Assembly: GCF_009834535.1 (NCBI RefSeq)
Contig: NC_045696.1
Coordinates: forward strand, 28,398,001-28,462,000
Length of the DNA stretch: 64,000 nucleotides
Direction of reading: 5' to 3'
Source: Camelus ferus
Lineage: Eukaryota
The position numbers were made by a program, and so were the translations under genes. Within the stretch, counting starts at the first letter, position 1. Every line of letters starts with the position of its first letter. This document shows positions 52,376 to 64,000 of this stretch, in pieces. The notes below the pieces were generated by a model. The model had not been told where the DNA came from. It saw nothing but the letters and a program-made list of their open reading frames with translations, and ran no database searches.

Positions 52376-52526
52376 TGGGAGAAGGTGTAGCTCAGTGGTA
52401 GAGAAGTGGTGGTGCTGGGGATTGAAGCCCTGGGTACTGGGTTCAATCCCAAGTACCGCAATTAAATAAATAAATAACTATATAAACTAATTACCTCCCC
52501 CCACAAAAAATTTTTTAAAAAGCACA
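52376..52526 (+). mobile_element. tRNA-derived SINE (Vic-1-like) with an internal inverted duplication
   Basis: A box 'tagctcagtggtagag', B box 'gggttcaatccc', tail 'aattacctccccc'; TSD taagttttcattgaggt (52359-52375) / taaattttcattaaggt (52527-52543). Confidence 0.9.
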
Positions 52527-54079
52527 TAAATTTTCATTAAGGTAAAATTATGAAGGTTATTCCTCATAGTGTCAATCATGTAATAATAATCAGTTAATAT
52601 AAACATACATAATTGTATAAATGCATTATTTGTATAAATATGTACGTTGCATAGTTGAATTTAATTAATTAACTCATAAATAAATGAAGCCATGTAGATA
52701 AACCTTTGGCCATATTCATGTGCTCACTCTTATGTTGGAGCAGACTTAAAATTATATCTTAGGGAAAAAGTACAGGCTGAGGTAAGAAGCCCTTATATTA
52801 AGTTATCCCGGATGGTCCAGTCAACATTTTTAAGAAGATATTAACCCCAGCTCCTGGAAGTTACACATTATGACTCTGTCCTTAATTCACAACACAGAAA
52901 GTTGATACACTGAGTGCTTGTCAGAAAAGTATAACCCTTTGATAAATTACACTGAGCTTATCTGAATATTTATTGAGAATTGCCCCAAGGAGATGCAGAC
53001 CATTCTGTTCTCTGGGTAGCCTACATCCCACAATTAATCAAATCCTGAGGAAGCAGCGTGGTTAAACCGTATCGAGTTAACCTATCATAGACTTGTCTGT
53101 GTTGAACTGTACTTTTGTTTTATACCTATGACATTGACCTTCATTTTGAGTCATAAAGACTCAACCTGGAAATGCAGAGAAAGGTCCATAGGAGAAATGT
53201 CCTTGTCAGCTTGCACAGGCTGTCACTGCACAAACAGTTCTAGTAGAGCATTGGGTTCAGAGGTCTGTAGAGAATGGAAGTAACAGTTGTTGACAAGGAT
53301 TTTCTGGGTTTGGCAAAAGCTCATTGTGAATATAATGTCTTCTGAACATTAGAGAAAGGGTCTGAGTAAAATGCAAAAAAGTGACCCAAAGAAGGCTGCC
53401 AGAGTACATGAGTGGTAATCTGTTAACAATTTAATCTTGCATGAAAACAGAAAGTTAGTTACTCTCACTTTTTAAAATATTCAGTGTGCCCTGAAATGTA
53501 AAATATTTGCTTTATATTTTGTCTTTCACTATTTCAAAGTGAAGGTCACTCTCGTGAAATATTGTTTGTCATGTCTTTGTCAAACAAAATATGTTGCTCA
53601 GGATGTCGGATTCAGAAAGAGCCTTCGGTCACACCGAAGTTCTTTGTGGCTGTTTAGATTTTGCCAATTTGTGGAGTTAATGTTAACAGCGTTTTCCGAC
53701 ACACTGTCAGTTCACAGCACCCATAGAGTGCCCCGAAAGCAGTTCATAATTTGTCTGTTTTGTGAAATAGTAATCAATAGTCATCAATACTAATCATGCT
53801 AGAGTTTGTGATCATAAAAGTACTTTCGCAAATTTTGTAGTTATTAAAATAAAAGCATATAACCAGCTAGTGTAATTCATATTATGTCACAAATTTTTCA
53901 ATTATTTATTTTATCCTCAAGCATGTTCCAATACAATGAAATATGCTGAACTGAGAACAGTAAAAATTATCAATGTGTCTGCTTGTTCTAATCAAATAAT
54001 CTTGGCTTTATCTCATGCAAAATTCCTAATGATGTTATTCAGAAATGATAAGTATCCAATAATCTTTTAAAAGTCAACA

Positions 54080-54330
54080 AATAATGTGTATTTACTACAG
54101 TCCAGGCAGTTATAAGCACTTTGCATATTAACTCATCTGAAAATGACAATAGCCCTATAAATTCTCTTCTTACTGTGTGCATTGTACAGATGAAGAAATG
54201 GACGAAAAAGGAGATGAAGTCATTTACTTAAAGATACACATTAGTAAGTAAAAGTGGTAGGATTATAACCTGGTACCAAGTATGGGAACTAGACTGAATC
54301 TGGGGTGCCTGTGGTTAATTACCACACCAC
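54080..54330 (-). mobile_element. MIR SINE
   Basis: 'ccaggcagttataagcactttgcatattaactcat...tacagatgaagaaa...aagtcatttacttaaagatacac'. Confidence 0.8.
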
Positions 54331-55809
54331 TCGGTCACTGAACACCATTTCCAGAAGTGTACTTCACACATATTTTTTTTAAGGAAGGCAAATCTTTTCA
54401 CTTTATTTCTGGATTATACCAATTTCTATTTCACATATTTTAGTTCAAGCCCACGTGCAGAGAGGTATTGTGACTTCCTTTTCTGTGCATAGGGACTTAC
54501 TTTTGCCTTTCGTAATTAATCACCCAATATTAAGGCGTAAACACACACATTCAATGTCCTCTGTCAACTAGTATATCTGTAACCCATAAATCATAATTTG
54601 TCCAGGCTTCTGTGATAAAGACTCATCGAAATCATGGTAACTTTGCATTTATTTTTATAAAATACCTGTTGCTATCTATTACTTCCCAAGAGGCCAAATT
54701 TCAGTTTTGCACAAAAGAGAAATTCTATTACTTGTTAACGAACGCTCATTGCTTATTTCTGAATAGTGTTTTGGTAAATGTGTCTCCCTTTATTCTTGGC
54801 TGATCCCTATTTTACTTTTCTTTAGAAAGCAAGTTTATGTAAAAGAAGTTTTATATTCAAATAGATGCTACTGATTAGAGGAGATTCTTGCCATTCAAAA
54901 TACATACGTTCTCCAACAGGGGAAAACCCTGAACACAACCCAGCAAGGGATTCTTTCCCTTTTTGGCATTTCCATTACTTTTTCAGTTCTATCACTAACT
55001 TGTCTTTAAGTGCCATGATGAAAGGTGTGGCTTAATGTGGAAATGTTTCATTACAGAAAAAGAAATTTTGCAAAAGTTACAAAGCAAAGAAGAGTAATCA
55101 ATTCAAAGCAAAAGCATGAGATAACTGTTTATCTCAACAGTGACTGAGAACAAAAATTGAGGAAAAAATTGGTCTCAATTTTTAATGTTTGTGGGAAAAT
55201 AAAGACAGCCACTCTTACACTGGGATATTTGCCCCCAAACTTTTGCCAGGCTTTAGATGGTGTTTATAGTTAGGTTGCTAAGCAGACATAATGTTCCCCA
55301 GTGAACTTTCTCTAGTAACTTAGGAGGAAATAATGGGTTTCTGTTGTCCCTGTAAATTCCTGTTTTCTTAAATTTGTGAAATATTTATTAGACCCCTCTG
55401 AGATTACAATCTAACCATCACAGCAGGACATAAATGCTTTTAGTATTTCAATGCCCAAAATTGAAGACAGGATACACAGAAACCCTTTTTTTTTTTTCAC
55501 ATTTTAAAGAGCTTTGCTTGTTATTTTTGAAATCAATGAAAAGATGGTATATCATTTATTTCAATCTCTAATTATGCTAACAGGTATGTCATTCCTATCA
55601 TTTTTATTTGATTGGGCTAATTTCAAATTTATTTTTCTTTAATTTTTTCCTATAAATATTTAAAACTTGACTTGGAGCAAAATGTATATACCTGAAGATT
55701 AATCACCTATCAGCTGAGACAAAAATATGCTACACTACTCTCTACTGATGCTCCTATGAAATCATCATACATTGTTACAAATATAAAAACAGATGATTTA
55801 AACTGAATT

Positions 55810-56680
55810 TACACGCTCAGAATGCTTCTGCTAGGTGGAACAGAAATCTAGAAGAGACTTCATGGTTTTATTTGTGACCCAGGATTTCATCAAGACTGAT
55901 AATTTTTTTTTTCTATCACTCTTGTCTGCCATCCACAGCCTTATTTGTCTTTTCTTCAGGCTGGCTCCCCTCATGTTTGCAAGATAATCATAGCAGCTTC
56001 AGAGCACAAATCCACTATCCACTTGAGAAGGTTTAGAATAACATGTTTCTACCTTTATCTTTTTATAAACTTGAAGAATACATTTCCCAGAAGACTTCTT
56101 ATCAGACCTTCCCTAATGTTTCATGGGCCAGAATTGCTTCACATGCTCATGCCTAAGCCAGTAAGGAGAGAGGGAAGTTGGTGATTTCAGCACATTTTGA
56201 TTGTCATGGACTGCTGTTTGTGTCCCCACCAGACTCATATGCTGAAGCCTCAGTCCTCAGTGTGATATTATTTGTAGGAAGGGCTCTCAGGAGGTCAGAG
56301 AGATGGAGCCCTCGTGATGGGGTTTAGTGCCCTTACAAGAAGAGACACAGGAGGGCTTGCTTCTCACCCTGCTTCCTGCCATATGAGGAAACAACAAAAG
56401 GTGACTGCCTACAAGCCCAGAAGAGAGCTTTCGCCAGACACCTGATCTGCCGGCACTTTGATCTTCGAATTCCTGGCCTTAAGAACTGTGAGAAACAAAC
56501 GTTTGCTGTTTAAGTAACCCAGTCAATCGTATTTTTGTTATAGCATTATAAATTAAGACACAGAAGTTCTCTTTGATGCTTGGTATTAGAATTGTGTTCC
56601 CAAATCATGACTGTGCACAGAGGTGCAGATTAATAAAACTGTGGATCTCTTAAGAAGGGAACCATCCCAAAAATGAAATT
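55810..56680 (-). mobile_element. Old MaLR LTR (MLT1K/L-like), split by MLT1A
   Basis: 'cttcaggctggctcccctcatg', 'tttcccagaag...tgtttcatgggccagaattgcttcacatgctcatgcctaagcca'. Confidence 0.65.
56202..56560 (+). mobile_element. MaLR solo LTR (MLT1A-like)
   Basis: tgtcatggactg...tttgtgtcccc ... agaactgtgagaaacaaacgtttgctgtttaag ... taagaca. Confidence 0.9.
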
Positions 56681-56867
56681 TATGTAAATATGACCAGAAA
56701 AATAGACTAAGACAAGCCTGAAGTTTTAAAATTTTGTAAACCACCAATCTCTGGACTGCTCACCAAAGAATTATGCTCTATGCCAGGCTAGACTGCTGTG
56801 TATGTCAACACTGCAGTTACGCATGTCACTAATCAACACATAACTGATGAGGTAACCTGAGGAATTT

Positions 56868-57338
56868 AAGGCATACTTTGTTTTATTGTACTTTGCTGAT
56901 ATTACAGTTTTTATACAATGAAGGTTTGTGGCAACCTTACAACGAGCAAGTCTGTCTATCAGCACCATTTTTCCAACAAAATTTGCTCACTTTTTGCCTC
57001 TGTGTCATATTTTGGTCATTCTTGCCATGTTTCAAACTTTTTTATTATTATTTTATTTATTATGGGATCTGTGATCAGTGATCTTTCACGTTATTATTGT
57101 AAAAATATTGTAACTCGCTGAAGTCTCAGACAATGGTTAGCATTTTTTAAAAATTGTATTTTAAAATTAAGGTATTTTTAGACAGAATGGTATTGTACAC
57201 TTCATAGACTATAGTATAGTGTAAATATAACTTTTATATGCACTGAGAAACCAGAAAATCATGTGACTGACTTTATTGAATGTTCGTCTCAATGTGGTGG
57301 TCTGGAATCAAACCTTCAGTATCTCTGAGGTATGCCTA
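56868..57338. mobile_element. Internally deleted Tigger1 (Tigger1a_Art-like) Tc1/mariner element
   Basis: TIRs aggcatac... / ...gaggtatgcct followed by ta; 'tgaaggtttgtggcaacc', 'gactatagtatagtgtaaatataacttttatatgcactgagaaacca'. Confidence 0.9.
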
Positions 57339-57725
57339 TATAAATGCTTACATAAATACTGTGTTATTTTACCTGAAAGGTCACACAGATTTCATAATAA
57401 AGTTTTTTATTTTAAAAATGCAGTACTTAGCAACCTTAAATTATTACCAGAATAAAAATGCTTGAAAATGTAGAACACTTTGCGTCTTCAATTAATAAGA
57501 ATTTTTCAGTGTTATCAGATTGGGAATTTTCAATTTTAATAACCACTGAAATGGATATTAATTAAGATTTCCTCTAGAGTAATATAGTTCTAAAATACAC
57601 TGAACCATTTCAACATACATATTTATGACTTATTTAAATACAATTAATTTTTCTGTTTCTCCTGCAGCAGATTGATATTTCAGATCAGTTTATCAAGTCA
57701 TTTTTTCAGTATGTAAAACACTATG

Positions 57726-57795
57726 TTAACCTCACCTCCAAATTATTGGAAAAGACAAATATTAACCTCACCTCCAAATTATTAGAAAAAACAGA
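57726..57795. repeat. 36-bp tandem duplication
   Basis: ttaacctcacctccaaattatt at 57726 and 57762. Confidence 0.9.
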
Positions 57796-58559
57796 ATTAT
57801 TCCCTGTACTTCTCTTCAGTACAACACACGTTTGTACTCTGATGATGACCAAAAATAAATCCTTACCATTTCTAATACTTTAAGCAGCATTTTTTGTCAT
57901 TTTAATTTAATTCTTATTGGGTTTTTTCTTATTTGGTTAAAAGAGAAATTTGTCAATGAACTGGGTGTGATAAAACTTAAATTTTGTTATTTTAATTCTT
58001 TCCGGATGAAATCAATCTTCAAACAGTAATATTGACCTCAACATTTTAAAAATCACGACTAATATTTTTCGTACTTTGTAGTAAGGTTTTTAGTGAGTAT
58101 ACTATCATTGTTAATGTTTTCTTTGCTTAAAATCACCTTTTTCTACCAAAAAGCCCCAAGTATACGAAGAATAGTGTCACTGGATGCCCACTATCCTGAT
58201 GTGCGGCAGTGATATAAAATGCATGCTATTAACATTAAAAGGGACTTTGCAAAAATGGAGATATAATTAATAATTCATATTGGCCTATTACCTGTAATGA
58301 ATTAGTGGGAAGCGGGAGGTTTATAAACCTCTCAGGTCTTGTAAGGGCTGTCATCTTGGTTCACTTTCCCTAAGGTCTAAAATTCATGACACTTATAAAA
58401 CAGCATTACCTCTTTAATAGGTAAAAAATAACATATCAGCTTCAAAATAAAAGTTCATTATAAAACCTTCAGTGAAAAATCTGTTCATCAGATACAAATA
58501 TACTACTCATTACCTTTTACCAGTAATAAAATGCTTTTCCTAGCATTTCTATAAAATCT

Positions 58560-59912
58560 TAAACAATGGAATAAAGTAGTATGATGGACCAGATTCCATA
58601 AATCACCCTTCTGATTAATATATCTTTAAAAGCTGAGTAATTTTTCAGTGCTTAAAAAGGCATCTTTGAGTTTCAACAAATCAAAGACTCCAGAGGACAA
58701 CAACAAAGTAAAAGTGAAAAAACTTGTGTCATAAGGTAGCCCAAAGTCAGCTGTCACCTTAAACATATATTTCAAACTTTAATGTATCTGACCTTAATTT
58801 TAATGGTTTCACAGGATTAGAGATGAAGAAAATAAAGCCTGGAGCCCACTTGACATAGAAAGTATTATATCAAAACCTCCACAAAGCTAAGATCCTCAAA
58901 TATTATACCTCTGTGCAAGGCTGAGCAAGAAATCAACCTGCCAAGCAGAAATAAGTAGTAAATAAACTTTCTTGATTTGAATGAGACATTGGGTAAATGA
59001 AGACAAGAAAAAAGAAATCATAATTGAAAATAAAGATCTACGATTCAGCTGTTACATGGATTCATGGCATAAATTTACAATATTTATATGGAAAACACAA
59101 GGATAATTTAACTTAAAGTAGTCTCCAGTTGACATTGATTTCACACAACCAACAGAAGACTATGCAGTCTATTTCAGGAGGAAAACAACTTTACATTGAC
59201 CTTAAATAATTATTCTGGATAAAGTTCCAAGGGACGTCATAACCAAAATTCATGTCAATCAATTAAAAACAAGCCACAAGGAAAGTGAGTTTGCAGAAAG
59301 GACAGGCACTGGAAACAAAGTTGTGAAGATTTCAGATATTGACAATATGAGATTTAATTTAGTTAGATATAGTTAAAAGAAGTAAAGGAGATTGTGGACA
59401 ACATGATCAGTCATAAGGAAAAATATAAAACACTGAAAGATGCATAACTTTGTAAAAGAGACTAAAAGACTATGTGTACGAAAAAATATAACAACCAAAT
59501 TAAAGATTTATGGATTGTTCCAACAGCATATTAGGTGCAACTAAAGAGAAAGATCAGTTACTTGAATTTAAGTTGGATTAAACAATTCAAAAAGTAATAA
59601 AGGTAGGAAAATAAATTTACAGTATGAAAGAGAGGTAAAACCACATGTAGGAAAAGGTAAATTAATTCAACATAGATCTGATCAGAGTCCCCAAAGGACC
59701 TAGAAAATAAGAAATTTTTTAAAAAAGATATTCACAGAAGAGATATTAAAAACTTTTTCCAAATTATTAAGAAGAAACTCCTATAGATTTCGAATCATAA
59801 AATTCAATGAATCTCAAGATGGGTAATAAAATAAACTTGTAAACTCACACTTCAGTGCATCTTAAAACATTGACCAAACTCAAAGAAAAAAAATCTTAAA
59901 AAAAAAAAGAAA
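58560..59912 (+). mobile_element. Ancient L1 (L1ME/HAL1-like) 5'UTR plus ORF1 remnant
   Basis: ORF1-like 'aacagcatattaggtgcaactaaagagaaagatcagttacttgaa', 'tcaacatagatctgatcagagtcccc', 'aaagaaaaaaaatcttaaaa'. Confidence 0.7.
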
Positions 59913-59929
59913 GCTGGGGGGAGTGGGCA

Positions 59930-60534
59930 TGTGGGGAGATGGAGCGCTGTGAGGCCCGTTAGACTGCACAGCCCATACAGTGAGCTGAACAAAATTTGTC
60001 TTTGGGTCCTGCAGCTGGAAATATCTGTGTCAGCCTGGCATATTTTGCATAGCATTCCTTTATCTGGGGAATTTCTCATATTTTTAAAATACCTCCTCAA
60101 AGCAGAAATTGCACTGCCATTAATGACTACGAATAGATATAATACAGGTGCTGCCAATCAGATGTACTCATGTAGGACTTCCATTTCGAAGAGAGAAATG
60201 TGTGACAGAAAGCTCTGAGTGGATCTTTTTTTTCTTATTTATTTATGTATTTCTTTATCTATTTGACTGAGAGGACAGTGGTAGGTTTTCTGACTCTAGA
60301 AGGCACCAACTGATGTCTTTTTAGGACCTGCTGCCCAGAATCAACAGTCCAAGCTGCGGTGATGAATTTCCCATTGCAGTTTGGACTTTGTTCTGAGATT
60401 GTACTCCTCCTAGCCAAATTCTAATTCACTTGGAGACTCTGTGAACCAGCAGATACCATTTAGCAAAGGAAATGTATGATTAAACTTGTCAGAGTAGGTT
60501 TCAGTGTTTATTTCTAAGAATCTTGCTTATTACA
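59930..60534 (+). mobile_element. 5' LTR of an ancient ERVL provirus
   Basis: 'ccaatcagatgtactcatg'; 3' end 'cagagtaggtttcagtg...ctaagaatcttgcttattaca' directly followed by a PBS-like 'gaaattgac'. Confidence 0.6.
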
Positions 60535-63490
60535 GAAATTGACATTCATTGTCTTTTCAGCTTTCAGACTCAAAGGACAGGAGAATCAAGGTAAGGTCAG
60601 CTGGCTACAGTGAACTGAACGAGCATCAAGGTATCCCTTTAGTATTTGAGTATGGGACTCTAGCAGTCTATAGAATACATCAGTGAACTGATTAATAGAT
60701 AATACCATTTGGTCAATGTAATGAATTACAAATTGAGAGTGAGTCTTTGGGAGAGCTGATTGGCTTTTGCCAAAAAATATCAGAGTTCAAGACAAAGAAC
60801 TGGCTAATTGGACTCTTCTAAGTATACTAGAGAACTTACAGGATGAGGCTTTTGTCAGTTTCAATTTCAAAATGAAGAATGTTACGAGAAATAGGTATTT
60901 TCTATGATTGTACTAAAAAAAGACTTAATATTTCTTCTAATTATATGGCTAAAGCAGTTGCAAACCTTAAATAAATCAAACTGAAAATAAGTTTAATCCT
61001 AACCTCACTGTATCTCTGATGTAACAGGACACTGTTATGGAGAGAGAGAGACCTTGAGAATTAAGAAAGGAGCAGGTGTAAGAATATGTAAGATGACTTG
61101 GTAAGTATCCTAACCATCTAAATCCCATTGAGCTTCATTTCCATCATAGGCAGTCTTTTCTCCCATCCTACAGGTATCCTTCCTGGTGGACTAGAAAACC
61201 TTTAGAAAATCATGCCAAGGAGAAATCAATTATCCTCACATTCCACACACCCAGCCACTGTCCCTAAATATAAAGAGTTAGATTCCAGCATTTCCTCCAT
61301 GTGAAATACAAGGTTTCAATCCTGAGAGGAGGAGGCCCAAGTGCCAAAGAATTGTTATTTTTATATAAACCAAAATTCTGAAAATATTTATAAATACTGA
61401 TGGTATGAGAACCAAAAGAGAGGAACATATTTTAGATGAGATTGAATTTATTATTTCAGATGAATAATATCTGAAAAAATGATCAGAAGTTCTAGATATA
61501 ATGTGCTTGATTTAAAAAATGGTGAAGAGTTCTAACTTTTTTTGTTGTTGTTCTTGGTAGGTTGACTACCTGGATTTAACAGCAACTTACAATAAATGAA
61601 ATTGAGATACCAAAATCTCCTTGGTTTGATATGGAGACAGTAACCCAAGGATTTAGTGACCGGGATGTTGGAAAAGAATCACCATAGCTCATCTACTCAT
61701 TTACCTCTCAATAATGCCCTAATAGGAGGTGCAGAAATCACTCACTTCATCGTAACTTAGATCATACATTACTGAGGGGGAGCGCCAGCAACACTGTAAA
61801 GCTGCTGGTGGCTCTTTTCTGTGATCTAAGATGCGGGGGATGATGTCGTCCAGGGACGATGACTTCCACTGGGACGATGTTATAGGCTGAATCCTGTCCT
61901 CCTCAAATCCATATGTTGACATACATCCTATAACCCCAGTACCTCAGAATGTGATTGTACTTGGAAATAGGGTCTTTAAAAACATAATTAGGGTAAAATG
62001 AAGTATATGAGTAGGCCCTATTCAATGTGACTGGTGTACTTATAAGAAGAAGAGATGTGAATACAGACACACAGACCAAGGAATGACTGTGTAAGTACAC
62101 AATGAGAAGACTATCTGCAAGACAAGGAGAGAAATCTCAGAAGAAATCAAACCTGCTGACACCTTGACTTGGATTTCTAGTCTCCAGAATTACAAGAAAA
62201 AAATTTTTTCTTGCTTAAGCCATCCAGTCTGTGGTGGCTTATTTTGCCAGCCTTGGCAAACTAATATGGTTGGGTAGAGGGATACTGGGCTAGCAGAAAC
62301 CACTCTGACCTACCAGAGACAAGGAGAAGAGTTACTGTAATATTCAGCAGGGACAGAGGACAATCTGAGAACCTTCATTGGCCCAGATTTTGATAGTAGC
62401 AAAAAATATACCACAGTCCTTATGACAAAGTATACCAGATCCCACTAAAGACTTACTTGACATGTATACTTAAAAATTACATCTGCAGAAAAAAGACTTG
62501 ACTGAGTCTCAAAATATACAGAGAATCCTCATATAATTCTTCAACCTGTGTCATCATATCACAGAGCCAGGGCCCCTGGATTAAAAGTGAGGGTGAGAAT
62601 CTTTGAGAAGAGACTCTGATGAAAACTAACATTGTGTGGTAATGTTTTTCTCATATTTTTTTCTCAAAGGAATATGTGATTACCACAAAGACTGCCCTCA
62701 GGAAAGGATAATAACCATACATTTCAATAATCATATCAATCAGTTTAACTCCTTACCCCCAGTTTTCCCAATGCATACTCAAAAATGTGCAAAAATAAAA
62801 GTGTGGCCATGTGTCATGGTGTCAAATTTGAGGATTATACCTATGGCAAAAATACAGACTTCCCTTCACCAAGGTTGACCTTTCTCGTGCCAGTGCTGGG
62901 TGCCTAACCTGCCAGAAAGTCCTACGTTCAGTCCCTAGACTTTACCACATTCGTGGGAGACCAGTTGGCCACCTGGTGATGGGTTGAAAACACTGTGATA
63001 CCTTTAAATCATTGAGAGGCAGCAATTTTATGTCATTTAAATCATACTCTGGGTTTTACTTGACTTCTTTGAGCAGATATCTCTTCCAATAAAGCCATCT
63101 GTGGAATTGCTGAATACCCTAATCATGATTATTCCTATAAAACATTGCTTCTGACCACATGCAGCAAAAAGATTAAGGCAATTAACTGCAACTGAACCTG
63201 ATGAAATCTTTGGTGTTACTGTCGAAATTATCCATGAGGATAATTAAAGCTTTTGCTTAGTTACAGTCCCAGATATCAGCTTATGAAGCTGGATTGCTGT
63301 CTTACTAGATATGTTCTATACTTTGAACTAGAAAATGATGCATTGTCATGTCTCACTTAGAGCCCAAATATACAGGTTCAGGAACTAAGAACATGGAATT
63401 GGAAGCAGTATTTTTCACTATAAAGTTTATCTCATTTTCACATTTATTTGTTTCTTGTTTCCAAGGCTTCAGGTTTTGGTGGTTTAGAGA
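60535..63490 (+). mobile_element. Decayed ERVL internal region: gag, then integrase; most of pro/RT missing
   Basis: gag-like 'aaatgaaattgagataccaaaatctccttggt', 'tgagggggagcgccagca', 'ccagagacaagg'; integrase-like 'gacttcccttcaccaaggttgacct...gctgggtgcctaacctgccag', 'gaccagttggccacctggtga', 'cattgcttctgacca'; no intact ORF. Confidence 0.8.
61878..62268 (+). mobile_element. MaLR solo LTR (MLT1B-like) nested in ERVL gag
   Basis: tgttataggctgaat...cagtacctcagaatgtgattgtacttggaaatagggtcttt...ccttggcaaactaatat. Confidence 0.9.
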
Positions 63491-63636
63491 AAAGTGTCTG
63501 AAATCTATGACCTGTCGGCCAAACCAAGTCCACCACTTGTTTTTGTAAATTTCACTGGAACGTAGCCAAGCCTATTTGTTTTTGTGTTGTCTATGGCTGC
63601 TTTAGTGCAATAACAATAGAACTGAGTAGTTGTAAA
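63491..63636. mobile_element. MER58A-like hAT MITE, truncated by L1
   Basis: 'tgtttttgtaaat...tggaacgtagcca...ttgtctatggctgcttt...gaactgagtagttg'. Confidence 0.85.
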
Positions 63637-64000
63637 ATATAGTATACACAGCTCATACAACTTAATAATAAAAAAACAAACAACCTAATTCAAAAATAGA
63701 CAGAAGACCTGAACAAGCAATTCTTCAGTAAAGATATACAAATGGCCAGTAGGCACACGAAACAATGCTCAGTATCGCTAATTATCAGAGAAATGCAAAT
63801 CAAAATTACAATGAGGTATCACTTCACACCAGTCAGAATGGCCATCATTCAAAAGTCCATGAATAATTTAAATGCTGGAGAGGGTGTGGAAGAGAGGGTG
63901 CTGGTGGGAATGCAGTTTGGTGCAGCTACTGTGGAAAACAGTATGGAGATTCCTCAAAAGACTAGGAATAGACTTACCATATGACCCAGGAATCCCACTC
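63637..64000 (+). mobile_element. Young L1, ORF2 C-terminal region (runs off the window)
   Basis: ORF 63742-63984 '[36 protein letters not shown]' is the L1 ORF2p C-terminal segment. Confidence 0.95.

Overview
AT-rich mammalian non-coding DNA (gene desert or deep intron). I found no protein-coding exon, RNA gene, CRISPR array or prokaryotic feature that I can support. The long ORFs in the track are chance ORFs or decayed retroelement ORFs (L1 ORF2, MaLR internal). The window is a fossil record of transposable elements: MIR, L2, old and young L1, many MaLR LTRs (MLT1), MLT2/ERVL LTRs, a deleted ERVL provirus, ERV1-like solo LTRs and DNA transposons (Charlie1a-, MER5-, MER33-, MER58A- and Tigger1-like). 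Three tRNA-derived SINEs resemble the camelid Vic-1 type, suggesting a camel/alpaca/llama genome (inference). I see no convincing novel biological system. The most interesting points are: two TSD-flanked, 5'-inverted L1 insertions carrying extra 3' sequence; a MaLR provirus whose 5' LTR is replaced by an MLT2 LTR; a SINE with an inverted self-duplication; and a unique CpG-retaining segment at ~17.3-18.0 kb that may be regulatory or exonic. Repeat family names come from recalled consensus similarity, not a database search, and boundaries are approximate unless TSDs are given.
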